From: an uncultured Nitrospiraceae bacterium
GTDB taxonomy: Bacteria > Nitrospirota > Thermodesulfovibrionia > Thermodesulfovibrionales > Dissulfurispiraceae
Direction of reading: 5' to 3'
NCBI GenBank assembly: GCA_963705105.1
Contig: CAVPIW010000010.1
Location: forward strand, 32,001-96,000
Length of the DNA: 64,000 bases
Shown here: one piece after another, positions 30,570 to 41,489 of the stretch
Position numbering within the stretch: position 1 is the first letter of the stretch
How the letters are laid out: every line of letters begins with the position of its first letter
Program-made: the position numbers and the translations under genes
Notes under the pieces: model-generated
Seen by the model: the letters and a program-made list of their open reading frames with translations, nothing else
Told to the model about the DNA's origin: nothing
Databases searched by the model: none

Positions 30570-32282
30570 GTGAAGGGGAAAATTCTTGTCATCGATGATG
30601 AGGAGGGCATCAGATTTACCTTCCGGAGATTCCTTCGGGATGCGGGATTTGAGGTGGAGACTGCCGAAGATTTCAACGGGGCTTTGGACAGGATTGCAGC
30701 TGATGATATCGATCTGGTCTTCTCCGATATCTTACTGGGCGGCAAGACGGGAATTGATGTGCTCCACGAGATAAAAGAGAGGAACCTCTCCTGTCCCGTC
30801 GTTCTGATAACGGGCTATCCCAACATTGAAACCGCCGCTGAGGCCGTCCGCCTTGGCGCCTTCGGCTATCTCTCCAAACCGGTGCAGAAGGAAGACATCC
30901 TGCGCACTGCAGATCTGGCAGTGAAATACAAGAGATTGACCGATGAAAAGGAGAGCTACCGTGCAAACCTTGAGGCTATCTTCAGGAGTGTCAGGGACGC
31001 GATCATCACCGTCGATAAGGATTTGGCAATTATCGAGGTCAATGAAGCTGCAAAGAGCGTCTGCGGGATTTCCCGCAAGGCGATCGGAAGTGCCTTTCCC
31101 GCTTCTGCGTCGGAATGTAAGCAAACCTGCGCCGAGACGCTCATGGAGACGGTCAGGAGCAAAGAGCCTCTTGAACGCCATCGTATTGAATGTGACCACG
31201 TGAAGTGCCGCAGCCAGGTGGTTACGGTCGTCACGTATCCTCTTCTGGACACCCGGCATCGATTCTCAGGCGCCGTGATGATCGTGCGTGACGAGACCCG
31301 TTTGGCATTACTCGAACGGGACCTGGAAGAACGCCGGCATTTCGGCAACCTCATCGGCAAGAGCGAAAAGATGCAGAGAGTCTACTCGCTCATAGAGAGC
31401 CTGGCGAATGTCCAGACGACGGTCCTGATTACCGGCGAAAGCGGAACGGGAAAAGAACTCGTGGCGCAGGCGCTTCACTACACAGGGGACCGCAGCAACA
31501 AGCCTCTGGTAAAGGTGAATTGCTCGTCCCTGTCCGAAAATCTCCTTGAAAGCGAGCTCTTCGGACACGTCAGGGGCGCTTTCACCGGTGCTATCAGAGA
31601 CAAGGTCGGACGATTTCAGTTAGCCGACGGCGGCACCATTTTTCTCGATGAAGTCGGTGATATATCGATCGGTACACAGCAGCGCCTGTTGCGCGTGCTC
31701 CAGGAAAGGGAATTCGAGCCTGTCGGGGCTGAGGCTACTGTCAGGGTGGACGTCCGTGTCATCGCGGCGACCAATAAAGATCTCCGGGAGAAGGTCAGGC
31801 GTGGTGAATTCAGAGAGGACCTTTTCTATCGTCTCAGGGTCGTCGAAATGACCTTGCCGCCTCTCAGGGAGAGGCTGGAAGACCTGCCTCTTCTGGTGGA
31901 CCACTTCATCAGGAAGTTTAATGCAAAATTGAACAGAGAGATTGATGCGGTGTCTGAAGAGGTCCTGAGGGTTTTCATGGGCCATTCCTGGCCGGGCAAT
32001 GTGCGGGAGCTGGAGCATAGTATCGAGCATGCCTTCATCCTCTGCCGTCAACGCACGATTACCGTTGAGGATCTCCCCTCCGATTTGGTGGCTGCGAGCG
32101 CGGCGCAACCCTTTCCCTGCGATCCATCATTCGACGGGCGTCGTGTGATTCTCCAGGCCCTCGAAAAGACGGGATGGAACAAGGCGAAGGCTGCCCGGCT
32201 TCTCGGCATGAGCGCGCGTACCATGTTCCGAAAACTCAAGGAGTACAAAATCATCAGAGACGCCGACCCGAACGACCCGTGA
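30570..32282 (+). CDS. Sigma54-dependent response regulator (REC-PAS-AAA+-HTH)
   Basis: VIDDE, GESGTGKE, GAFTGA, FLDEVG, WPGNVREL, Fis-type HTH; GTG start 30570. Confidence 0.93.
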   Translation: MKGKILVIDDEEGIRFTFRRFLRDAGFEVETAEDFNGALDRIAADDIDLVFSDILLGGKTGIDVLHEIKERNLSCPVVLITGYPNIETAAEAVRLGAFGYLSKPVQKEDILRTADLAVKYKRLTDEKESYRANLEAIFRSVRDAIITVDKDLAIIEVNEAAKSVCGISRKAIGSAFPASASECKQTCAETLMETVRSKEPLERHRIECDHVKCRSQVVTVVTYPLLDTRHRFSGAVMIVRDETRLALLERDLEERRHFGNLIGKSEKMQRVYSLIESLANVQTTVLITGESGTGKELVAQALHYTGDRSNKPLVKVNCSSLSENLLESELFGHVRGAFTGAIRDKVGRFQLADGGTIFLDEVGDISIGTQQRLLRVLQEREFEPVGAEATVRVDVRVIAATNKDLREKVRRGEFREDLFYRLRVVEMTLPPLRERLEDLPLLVDHFIRKFNAKLNREIDAVSEEVLRVFMGHSWPGNVRELEHSIEHAFILCRQRTITVEDLPSDLVAASAAQPFPCDPSFDGRRVILQALEKTGWNKAKAARLLGMSARTMFRKLKEYKIIRDADPNDP

Positions 32283-32634
32283 CATGGCACGGCATGCCCT
32301 GTCACGATTTCATGCCGTGAAGAATTTTTCCTGACCGTGCAACGATCCCCGTCGTTGGCATTTTCTTGTCCAACTCATTGCAACCTTTGTGTTTCCAGGG
32401 TCGCCCTTCGTCCGGGCATTACGCGTGTATGGTTCTTGCTCTTCCTGAGGACGCAAGGGTGGCGAGGCACGCCTTTCCGTGCCCGTCGTTCGAAGCGCCG
32501 GCGGACCCCGTTTTCCGCAACCCTGTCCGCCGCAGGCAACTTGAGGATCTCACGGAATCAGGCCCTCGACACGAATCCGGCCTTTGAAAGACATGCGTGG
32601 TGGAATGCAAAACGACGAAGCGGGCGAAAAAAGG

Positions 32635-32802
32635 ATGTTGAAACAAACAGTCGGCAGAAGAGTCTGTCCATTCGCCGAAAACCCTCTCGATGACTGCCTG
32701 CTCCTCAAGATGGACAGTCAGCATGTGGAGGATGCCATCTATTACTGCGGAGGACATTTTAAGGAGTGTTCAATTTACAGGAGACATGTGCACGACGTAT
32801 GA
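32635..32802 (+). CDS. Small four-Cys hypothetical protein
   Basis: CPF...DC...YYCGG...CSIY pattern; start uncertain. Confidence 0.55.
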   Translation: MLKQTVGRRVCPFAENPLDDCLLLKMDSQHVEDAIYYCGGHFKECSIYRRHVHDV

Positions 32803-32986
32803 GATGTCAGGCTGATTCCTGTTCCTGCAAAAGAGGTATATAAATTCAATGGATGCCGGCTCTCAGGAGCGGAGTGCGCCTCGTGGAGGGCATGATTCTC
32901 AATGATTTTCGTGCATCGGGGTAAACCTTCATAAGCCCGCTCAGCGGAATCAGGCCTGCTACCCTGGGGGAGGCAATTTCGTATAG

Positions 32987-33160
32987 GTAGAGTCTGTTTG
33001 TAAACTCACGAAGTTGCAGTTCGTATGTCATTCCGGCTCTTGTCCTCGCACCGTCGAGGATCGGTCCGGAATCGTTCTTTCAGAAGGATTCCCAACGCCC
33101 CCGCATCAAGTGCGGGGTTGCGGGAATGACAGACGAAGGATACTTTATGGACAGACTATA
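32987..33160. repeat. Family C palindromic element
   Basis: Imperfect outer arms AGTCTGTTTGTAAA / TTTATGGACAGACT; core TGTCATTCC...GGAATGACA. Confidence 0.82.
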
Positions 33161-33417
33161 GGTAGTTCTGCCTATATGAAAATGGGTAATTCTACGAGTA
33201 GCCGGGGATTTTATACAGCACTATAATACTAAGTGTAATAAAGGACCGGATATCGAATGGTGACAAGGAGGTTTTTTTTGCAGGGAAAGCAGGATGTGTC
33301 GTGAGACAGAGAGGCGAAACCGACGGAATCAAAGAAAGGAGGGCGTGTTTAAAAGGGGAGTATATGAATCTGTTTTCTTGTTTTGGAGACGTGACGGATC
33401 ATGAAAGGAGAGAGAAC

Positions 33418-36400
33418 ATGAAGAACCGAAGATTTTTAATCTTTATGTGTTTGCTATTGACAATGCTCGTCCTTTCCTGGGGAGTCGACCAGGGATGGGC
33501 GCAAAAAGCGCCAAAAGATAAGAAACTTATATTTAAGGGCAAGACAACGCCTGCCGAGCTGAAGGCCGCTGCGAAGCGTGCCGCCAAGCTGGGTGTCAAG
33601 CCGGGTATAGCAGGTCGGGCCGCTGCCCCCGTGGCCGTTGCCCCCTTTGCCGTTGCCCCCGGGCTTGATGCCCCCGTGGCCCTGGCCCCCTTTGCCGCTG
33701 CCGCCCCCCTTCCGGGCATTGAGGGTCCCGGGGGGGTGCCGCATTATTTCGGCCCCTTCGGCAACTGGGCTTTCAGCCCGCTGCCCAAGGGCCCCGTTGC
33801 GGTGGTCAATGTTGTCGACGGTGGCATTGGGTATAGCGCCGCGCCTACAGTCACCATCAGCGATGCGTATATTACATCATGCCAAACGAATAACACGCCC
33901 CCGTGCTACACCCCGGCTACTGTTGCGGCTACGGTTGCGGGTGGCGTCATTACCGGCTTCACGATCACCGACGTAGGTGCAGGGTATGTTGCTCCTGTTG
34001 TTGTCATCGAGGATGCCACAGGCACAGGCGCACTCGGTGACGCAACCATCGGTGCTGCTACCTTAGGTGGCCCACTCACCGGCGGCATGCGCAAGTTTGT
34101 CGACGGACTGCCGGGTCTGACCCCTGCCGGGGTAAATAATCTTGGGCAGTATATCCCGGTTGCCGTTGCCGAAACTCGGACGTTTAGCGGTCAGCCAGCA
34201 GACTACTACGAAATCGCCCTGGTCGAGTTTTACGAAAAGATGCACTCGGACCTGCCGCCGACGAAGCAGAGGGGATATGTGCAGTTGTCGACGACGGGTG
34301 CCGGAATTCCTTTGCTTCAAGTTGACGGGGTCACCCCAATCTTGAAGCCCGATGGCACGCAAGCTTTGGCCGTTGATAACCCCCATTTCCTGGGGCCTGT
34401 CATCGTTGCAAAGGGGAGGGCACACGGCGTTGCGGGCGCAGCGGGCGAGCCGGTGCCGGTCCGCATCAAGTTCTACAACCTGCTTCCCACCGGCGCCGGC
34501 GGCGACCTCTTCATTCCGGTGGACGAAACCGTCATGGGTTCCGGGATAGGCCCCGCGCTGCCGGGTACGGCGGGTGATAAGTTCACACAGAACAGGGCCA
34601 CCATCCACCTTCATGGGAACAACACCGTCTGGATCAGCGACGGCAACGTTCACCAGTGGATTACGCCCCCTAATGAAAACACTCCTTACCCCAAGGGCGT
34701 CAGTGTGCGGAACGTGCCGGACATGGGCGCTGACTGCGACGCTCCGGGCAGCGGATGCCTGACCTTCTTTTACACCAACGCGCAGAGCGCCAGGCTGCAG
34801 TTCTATCACGACCATGCCATGGGCATCACGCGTCTCAATGTGTATGCCGGTGAAGCAGCCGGATACGTGCTCACCGACGCCGTCGACCAGGATATGATCA
34901 ACGGCACCAATGTTTCCGGCGTCAATATCAATTGCGTCGATGGGAGTGACCCCGGGACGATCGCCGGCGACTCCCCTGGCGAATGCGCCAGCGTCCTCCC
35001 CAGCCTCGGTATTCCCCTGGTCATCCAGGACAGGACCTGGGTGGACGCCGACACGGTTTTCGCTCAGGACCCCACATGGAACTGGGGAACGGGGACAAGG
35101 GACGCCAACGGAAATATAACCACGGCAGTCACCGGCGACCTGTGGTACCCCCATGTCTACATGACGGTCCAGAATCCGTGGGACCTGACCGGCACGAACG
35201 GCTTCGGCCGCTGGCACTATGGTCCATGGTTCAATCCACCGGTGCCGGAGTGCGTCAACGGGCTCCCGGTGGGGTGCATCGAGGTCGGACCCGTTCCGAA
35301 CGAGTACTATCAGCCTGTTTGTGACGGTCTGCCGGATCTTGTCAATCTCGTTTGCACGGCGCCCTGGGAGCCGCCGTTGAGGCCCGGGAATCCGAACCCC
35401 TCCATACCGGGCGAGAGTTTCATGGACACCCCGATCGTCAACGGCACTGCCTATCCATTCATGACGGTAGAGCCAAAGGCATACCGGTTCCGCGTGCTGA
35501 ATGCCGCCAATGACCGGATGTTCAACTTCCAGCTCTATGTCGCCGCGGATAAGACCATGCCAACGACGCCGGGCACCACCGGTACCGTGCTGTGCGACGG
35601 CACGTCCGCAGTACCGGTTGAAAACTGTACTGAAGTCAAGATGGTCCCCGTCAGTGTGGCGCCGGCGAACCAATTTGCGGACACGCCGAGCGGCATTCCC
35701 GATCCGGCAACGAAAGGGCCGCAATGGATCATGATCGGCACGGAAGGCGGCTTCATGCCGAAGCCGGTCGTGGTGCCTCAGCAGCCCATCGGCTATAATT
35801 TGAACCCTGCCTACTTCAGTTTTGGCCTGGTCAACCAAAAATCGCTTTTCCTGGGATCAGCGGAGCGGGCGGATGTCATTGTTGACTTCTCCGCCTACGC
35901 CGGCAAGACCCTCATCCTCTACAACGATTCCCCGGCGCCGGTCCCGGCGGGCGCAACGCCCTACGACTTCTACACGGGCAATGGAAACCAGACTGGATGG
36001 CGGCGGCGCGCCCAACACACAGCCCGGATACGGCCCCAACACCCGCACGATCATGCAGATCCGGGTGGCCAATACGACACCAGCCGCCCCCTATGATTTG
36101 ACAGCGTTGAACGCAGTGTTTGCCAAAGGCGACACATCAGGCTGTACCGCTGTACCGCCGGGGCCCTGCAAGCGCGGTGTCTTCGAGGTCACACAGGACC
36201 CGATCATCATTCCTCAGGCCGCCTACAACTCGGCCTATAACAACACGTTCCCGGCGACTGCCGCGAAACAATATGTACAGATCAACGAAACACAGAAGAC
36301 CTTTCAGCCCATCGACGAAAACGGGGTTCTTCAGCCTGCCGTCACGTTGCCGCTGGAGATGAAGGCCATGCATGACGAGATGGGCGGTGTGTACGACACC

Positions 36401-37960
36401 CTGTTCGGCCGGATGAGCGGGATGCTCGGGCTCAGTCTCCCCAACTCTCCCAACCATGTGTTGATACCCTACGGACTGGCAGCCCCGCCCACCGATATCG
36501 TCAAGGGCTCAGTGGAAGGGACTCCAATCGGAGTAATGCCCGATGGCACCCAGATCTGGAGGATCTTCCACAACGGCGTGGATACCCACACCATCCACAC
36601 CCACCTGTTCCATGCTCAGCTCATCAACCGAGTTGACCAGAGCGGGCAGGTGACGGGGGGGACGTTGCCTGTAGACCCCATTGAGCTGGGCTGGAAAGAC
36701 ACCTTCAGGGTGAACCCGCTGGAGATCACCTACCTCGCGATGAGGCCGACCGTTCCGACCCCGTCGCAGATTCCTTTCGAAGTGCCCGACAGCGTCCGCC
36801 TGATCGACCCGACGCTGCCCGAGGGGGCCACGCTTATCCCGCCGCCGCCGGCAGGATGGTTCGACCCGGATGGAATCCGAATCCCCGAGATCCTGAACCA
36901 TTTCGTCAACTTCGGCTGGGAGTACGTGTGGCACTGCCACATCCTTTCCCATGAAGAGATGGACATGATGCACTCTCTGGTGTTTGCAGTTCCACCGAAG
37001 GCGCCGACGGGTCTCGCTGCGACAGTGAGCGGCCCCGCCAACAACCCGACAGTCACCTTGACCTGGACTGACAACTCCCAAAAAGAGGCACGGTTCAGCA
37101 TCCAGAGGGCGACAAATGCCGCATTCACAACGGGACTAACGACATTCAACGTCAACGCCAACGTTGTGACATTCGCAGACACAACTGTCGTGAACAATAC
37201 CGCCTATTGGTACAGGGTGTTCGCGATAGGCAATCCAGTCGGCGACACCCAGGCTTATCCGGGTTCATTCGGCTTCCCCACCATGTCTGCCGACTCTGTT
37301 TCCAACACATTCCCCATCGCGGTCGGGATTCCGACAACGAATGTGCCGGCAGATCCGACCCTCCTGTCCACAACCGTGCAGGCGGGACCGCAGGTGAGCC
37401 TGACCTGGAGGGACAACGCGACCAACGAGACCGGCTTTGAGGTCGAGCGCTGCACGGTGGTAGCACCGGCAACCACTTGCAGCAACTTTGCAGTGATCGC
37501 TACGCGGGGACCGAGAAACAACACGGGCAACGCAACGTTCGTGGATACGACGGTAACGGTCGGCAACACCTACTTTTATCAGGTGTGGGCAGTGAACGCA
37601 AATGGGCGGTCGACTAATCCGACGAACGCAACCTCCGCGGTCGTGCCCGCGATTCCGGCTGCGCCGACCAATTTTAGAGTATCGGTCGCGCCCATCCCCG
37701 GCCCCAACACCGGCTATACGGCGACGCTGACATGGCAGGCCGTCACCAACCCACCAACCAACTTCACGGTCCAGCGCGCCACCAATTCCACATTCACGCG
37801 CGGCCTGAACACAGTCAACCCTGGGCCCGCCGCCAGGAGTCTCACGCAGACCGTGAATCGCAACACAACCTACTACTATCGGATCCGGGCGAACAGCAAT
37901 ATCAGCGGTTCGTCCGCCTGGACGAACGCCCTGCCGTTCCCCATTCGCACGGGTCCCTAA
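33418..37960 (+). CDS. Large secreted multicopper oxidase with C-terminal fibronectin-III repeats (Geobacter OmpB / MofA-like), frameshifted near 35992
   Basis: Signal peptide after AGGAG RBS; HLH and HDH in frame 1, HTIHTH and HCHILSHEEMDMM in frame 2; LTWTDN / LTWRDN / YYYRIRA FN3 units. Confidence 0.85.
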
Positions 37961-37983
37961 CAAGTAAAAACAGGTCGTTCATC

Positions 37984-38012
37984 GGGGAGGGAGCAATCCC
38001 TCCCCTTTTTTT
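37984..38012 (+). terminator. Intrinsic terminator
   Basis: GGGGAGGGA-GCAA-TCCCTCCCC followed by a T-tract. Confidence 0.85.
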
Positions 38013-38033
38013 ATAACGGCGGGCAATGGTGCT

Positions 38034-38157
38034 GTTGCATGAAAAGGCAGGGAGAAGTGCCTCAAAGTTTTGCTGATAGCCTCAATGATTATTGTAGGGT
38101 CTGCTCCCCGAGCAGACCGCTTCATCGATGTCGGGCCGTTCGGGGAACAGCCCCTAC
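38034..38157. repeat. Family A arm plus inverted GTAG-type REP doublet
   Basis: GTAGGGTCTGCTCCCCGAGCAGACC (38094-38118) and inverted GGGCCGTTCGGGGAACAGCCCCTAC (38133-38157). Confidence 0.8.
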
Positions 38158-38265
38158 ACAGAGATCAACACCTCCAGCCACAAATGAGTATAATACGATT
38201 GTTGCTGATGTTTTTTCGTGAGCGCACTGCTCACATGCTAACCCAATGAGAAGGAGTTTCTTTCG

Positions 38266-39093
38266 ATGGAAATAAACCGGTTCAGTCTGAGTTTATTGCG
38301 GCGCTCTCCGACGTCTGCAAAGGCCGAACGACGCCCACTGACCTTTCGGCGGAAGATTACCCCGGCAATTAAACGGACGAACTACGCTATGCTTTGTCAT
38401 TCCGGCTTGTCCGGAATCTTTCTGTTTTTTCGGAAGGATTGCCGACGCCCCGGCATCAAGTGCGGGGTTGCGGCAATGACAGTGGTGCCGGTATTTAATT
38501 GCCGGAGTAATAAGGCCGGGGCATTCTTGACCTCACTGGGCGTGCTGTCCATTTTTTTCATGCTCTGTGCTTTCGGGGACCCGGCGGATGCGCAGGACAA
38601 GACGTTCAAACGCACCGTTGAGACCTATACCGTCCCCGACGTCACCCTGGTGAATCAGAACGGGGCAAGGGTGAGGATCAGGAGCCTCCTGCAATCGGAC
38701 AAGCCCGTCGTCGTGGATTTCATCTTCGGCACCTGCACGACCATATGCCCCGTGCTTTCCGCCGGCCTCGCCTCGCTTCAGCAGCAGCTCGGCCCTGATG
38801 CCCGGAAGGTCCAGCTTGTATCCATATCCATCGATCCCGAGAATGACACGCCGAAGGTGATGAAGGACTACCTGAAGAGATACGGGGCGAAGCCCGGATG
38901 GGATTTCCTGACGGGGACACGCACGGACATCGACAAGGTGTTGTATGCCCTTTCTGCTTATATACAGAACAAGATGGATCATTACCCGTTGACGTTGATC
39001 AGGTCGTCGGGAGACGGCAAATGGGTCAGGGTGCGCGGGCTCATGAGCGGCGCTCAATTAATGACCGAAGTCCGGCAAGCGGGGTTGAAATGA
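38266..39093 (+). CDS. SCO1/SenC copper chaperone
   Basis: FGTCTTICP, SIDPENDTP, WDFLTG, distal His (MDHYP); AAGGAG RBS. Confidence 0.9.
   Translation: MEINRFSLSLLRRSPTSAKAERRPLTFRRKITPAIKRTNYAMLCHSGLSGIFLFFRKDCRRPGIKCGVAAMTVVPVFNCRSNKAGAFLTSLGVLSIFFMLCAFGDPADAQDKTFKRTVETYTVPDVTLVNQNGARVRIRSLLQSDKPVVVDFIFGTCTTICPVLSAGLASLQQQLGPDARKVQLVSISIDPENDTPKVMKDYLKRYGAKPGWDFLTGTRTDIDKVLYALSAYIQNKMDHYPLTLIRSSGDGKWVRVRGLMSGAQLMTEVRQAGLK
38356..38511. repeat. Family C element in-frame within the SCO ORF
   Basis: Arms ATTACCCCGGCAATTAAA / TTTAATTGCCGGAGTAAT; 156 bp = 52 codons. Confidence 0.85.
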
Positions 39094-40898
39094 AAGGATT
39101 GAACCGTAGCGTACCGACAATGTATAGCGACGCAAATCAGCTGTCATTCCCGCAAGCGGAGCGCGTCGGGAATCCTTCCAGATACAAGGAAAGATTCCGG
39201 ACAAGCCGGAATGACAAACCGTCCGGAACTTATGTCGCCTTGTATAACTGCGGGGCGGTCCAGGTCCTCACCCTCGTCCTCGTTTCTATGCTGTTTCTTT
39301 TCTGTGCATCGAGTTCATTCACGGAAGCCGCTGAGCCGTCCCTGTCGCCTCAGGAAAAGCTCAGGCTGGGAGAGCAGATGTACCGCGAGGGCATCCTCCC
39401 GTCGGGAGAGCCGATGATGGCATTGGTGCAGGGAGACATCCCCGTTGCAGGGACGGCCTTCACCTGCGTGAGCTGCCATCTGCGCAGCGGGATCGGCTCC
39501 CTTGAGGGCGGTGTCGCCACCCCTCCGACAAACGGGGCGACCCTCTTCCGGACCGTCAGGAAGCTCCATAACGGCGTCGAGGTTGCGACGTGGCCCGTGC
39601 GCCGGCCGGCTTATACCGACGAGACGCTGGCGAAGGCGCTCTGGGGCGGCGTTGACGCCACGGGCCGGGTAATGGATGAAGTCATGCCGCGGTATCAGCT
39701 CACCGATGAGGACATGGCGATTCTCATCTATTATTTAAAATGGCTGTCGTCGGAATTCTCTCCCGGCGTGTCGAATTCGACGCTCCGGCTGGCGACGGTC
39801 ATCACGGACGACGTGAGCCCTGATGAACGTGACACCATGCTCCTCCCGCTGCAGGATTACGTCAAATTCAAGAATAACGCGGCGGAAAGGCAATACTCGA
39901 AAGAGAGGCTGGTACTGTCGCAGTGGCTGTTGAAAGGCCCTCCCGGGACGTGGCGCGCCCAGTTGGAGGAATACCATAAGAAGGAGCCCGTCTTTGCCCT
40001 GGTGGGAGGCATAACGAAGAAGGAATGGCAGCCGGTCCACAACTTCAGCGAGGAGCATAAGATTCCCTGCATCCTGCCTGTTACGGACTTCCCCGTCCTT
40101 TCCGGGACGGATTGGTACACCCTTTACTTCTCCAAGGGGTTTTACCAGGAGGGCGAAGCCGCTGCCCGATATCTCAACGACAAGGAGGACCTGTTGAAGG
40201 GCCGGACGATTGTCCAGGTTGTCCGCGATGCGCCTGAAGGCCGGGCACTGTCGGCGGGATTCCGGGAGACGTGGCGGGATTTGGGTCATAAGGACCCGGT
40301 GACGGTCACGCTGAAGGCGGGAGAATCGCTGACCGGGAAGTCCCTGCAGCAGGTGATGACAAAGCACAGGCCCGCCGCCCTGCTGCTATGGGCGGGTTCG
40401 GAGACTCTGCCCGCGCTGGAGACATTGGCCGGCAGGAACAGGCCGATTATGGCATTTGTTTCGGCGGGCTATCTCGGGGAGAGCATCCGGGCACTGAAAG
40501 AACAGGTCCGCGATTTCACGTACATAACGTACCCTTACAGATTGCCCGAAGCCGAGAAGCGGTACACGGCGATCGTCAGGTCGACTTTGGGCCCCGCCTA
40601 CGAGAAGGGCGATAATCTGATCACATCAAAGAAGACATACACCATCATCAGGGTGCTGACGCAGGCCCTGGCAAGCATGGCCGGACAGTATTACCGTGAC
40701 GCCCTCCTCGACTCCGTCGACATGGGAAGGGGCGCTGTCAGTATGGGCTCCGGGGTGCAGGACGAGACGTACCCGCTCTACCAGCGTTTCAGCTTCGGCC
40801 CGGGACAGCGCTACGCCTCGAAGGGATGCTACATCGTGCAACTCTCAAAAGGTCCCGAGCCCGAACTCGTCAGGAGGAGCGACTGGGTGATACACTGA
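39090..40898 (+). CDS. Cytochrome c fused to a periplasmic-binding-protein-like domain
   Basis: CVSCH heme motif, MPRY distal Met; ATGA overlap with the SCO stop. Confidence 0.8.
   Translation: MKGLNRSVPTMYSDANQLSFPQAERVGNPSRYKERFRTSRNDKPSGTYVALYNCGAVQVLTLVLVSMLFLFCASSSFTEAAEPSLSPQEKLRLGEQMYREGILPSGEPMMALVQGDIPVAGTAFTCVSCHLRSGIGSLEGGVATPPTNGATLFRTVRKLHNGVEVATWPVRRPAYTDETLAKALWGGVDATGRVMDEVMPRYQLTDEDMAILIYYLKWLSSEFSPGVSNSTLRLATVITDDVSPDERDTMLLPLQDYVKFKNNAAERQYSKERLVLSQWLLKGPPGTWRAQLEEYHKKEPVFALVGGITKKEWQPVHNFSEEHKIPCILPVTDFPVLSGTDWYTLYFSKGFYQEGEAAARYLNDKEDLLKGRTIVQVVRDAPEGRALSAGFRETWRDLGHKDPVTVTLKAGESLTGKSLQQVMTKHRPAALLLWAGSETLPALETLAGRNRPIMAFVSAGYLGESIRALKEQVRDFTYITYPYRLPEAEKRYTAIVRSTLGPAYEKGDNLITSKKTYTIIRVLTQALASMAGQYYRDALLDSVDMGRGAVSMGSGVQDETYPLYQRFSFGPGQRYASKGCYIVQLSKGPEPELVRRSDWVIH
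39104..39252. repeat. Family C element in-frame within the cytochrome c ORF
   Basis: TGTCATTCCCGC...GATTCCGGACAAGCCGGAATGACA core flanked by GCGAC/GTCGC; limits approximate. Confidence 0.78.
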
Positions 40899-40908
40899 AG
40901 ACAGTAGT

Positions 40909-40934
40909 CAGAATACAGAATACAGAATACAGAA
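40909..40934. repeat. CAGAATA heptamer tandem repeat
   Basis: Three full copies plus a partial fourth. Confidence 0.85.
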
Positions 40935-40984
40935 AAAAGAAAACAGCAAAAAAAGAGACAAAAGACAGGAATCAGAGGATAAAC

Positions 40985-41433
40985 GCACGACGGGAAGGCT
41001 GATGTGGTTCAAAGCGTTTCCGCTAAGATACCTTAATCGTCACCAGACCACACTTTGCCGTGTCTGTCGATACCAAAAGCCCGGCAGGCAGCAGGCGCTG
41101 AACACCTTGAGATGTGCACATTGCCTCATACGCCTGACCGAAAGGCGGGGTGAAGCACCGAAAAGCATCGGTGCTGCGAAACCGCTGCCTTCCCGTGGAG
41201 AGTACGGAAGCACAACTGTCGATGATACAGAGGATGAAATGTTTAAAATCCAATAATAAATAATCATGCTCGCTATCAGCGAGGCTTTGAGGCGCTTCGC
41301 CCCGCTTTCTGTGCATCTGCCAAAATGATCCTCATATCGCATTGGAAAGGCTTTGAACCATATCTGCCTTCCCGGAGGTAGCGCCACTATGAGCAAGGCT
41401 TTGAGGCACATCGCCCCGCCTTTCTATGCAACT
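40985..41433. repeat. Nested composite: B-left / complete A / B-right / A-right arm
   Basis: B core is split after GCTGAACACCTTGAGATG by an A element at about 41138-41328. Confidence 0.9.
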
Positions 41434-41489
41434 GCAAGGCTATCTCACGCAAAGTCGCAAAGAGCGCAAAGAAAGAAATGCCGGTCCTG

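Noticed and set aside
32340..32445. Sigma54 -24/-12 promoter after the regulator
   Set aside because: Candidates (TGGCATTTTCTTGTC, GTGTATGGTTCTTGC) miss the invariant GG-N10-GC.
33170..33417. c-di-GMP/GEMM riboswitch before the MCO
   Set aside because: The required tetraloop/receptor two-stem pattern was not found.
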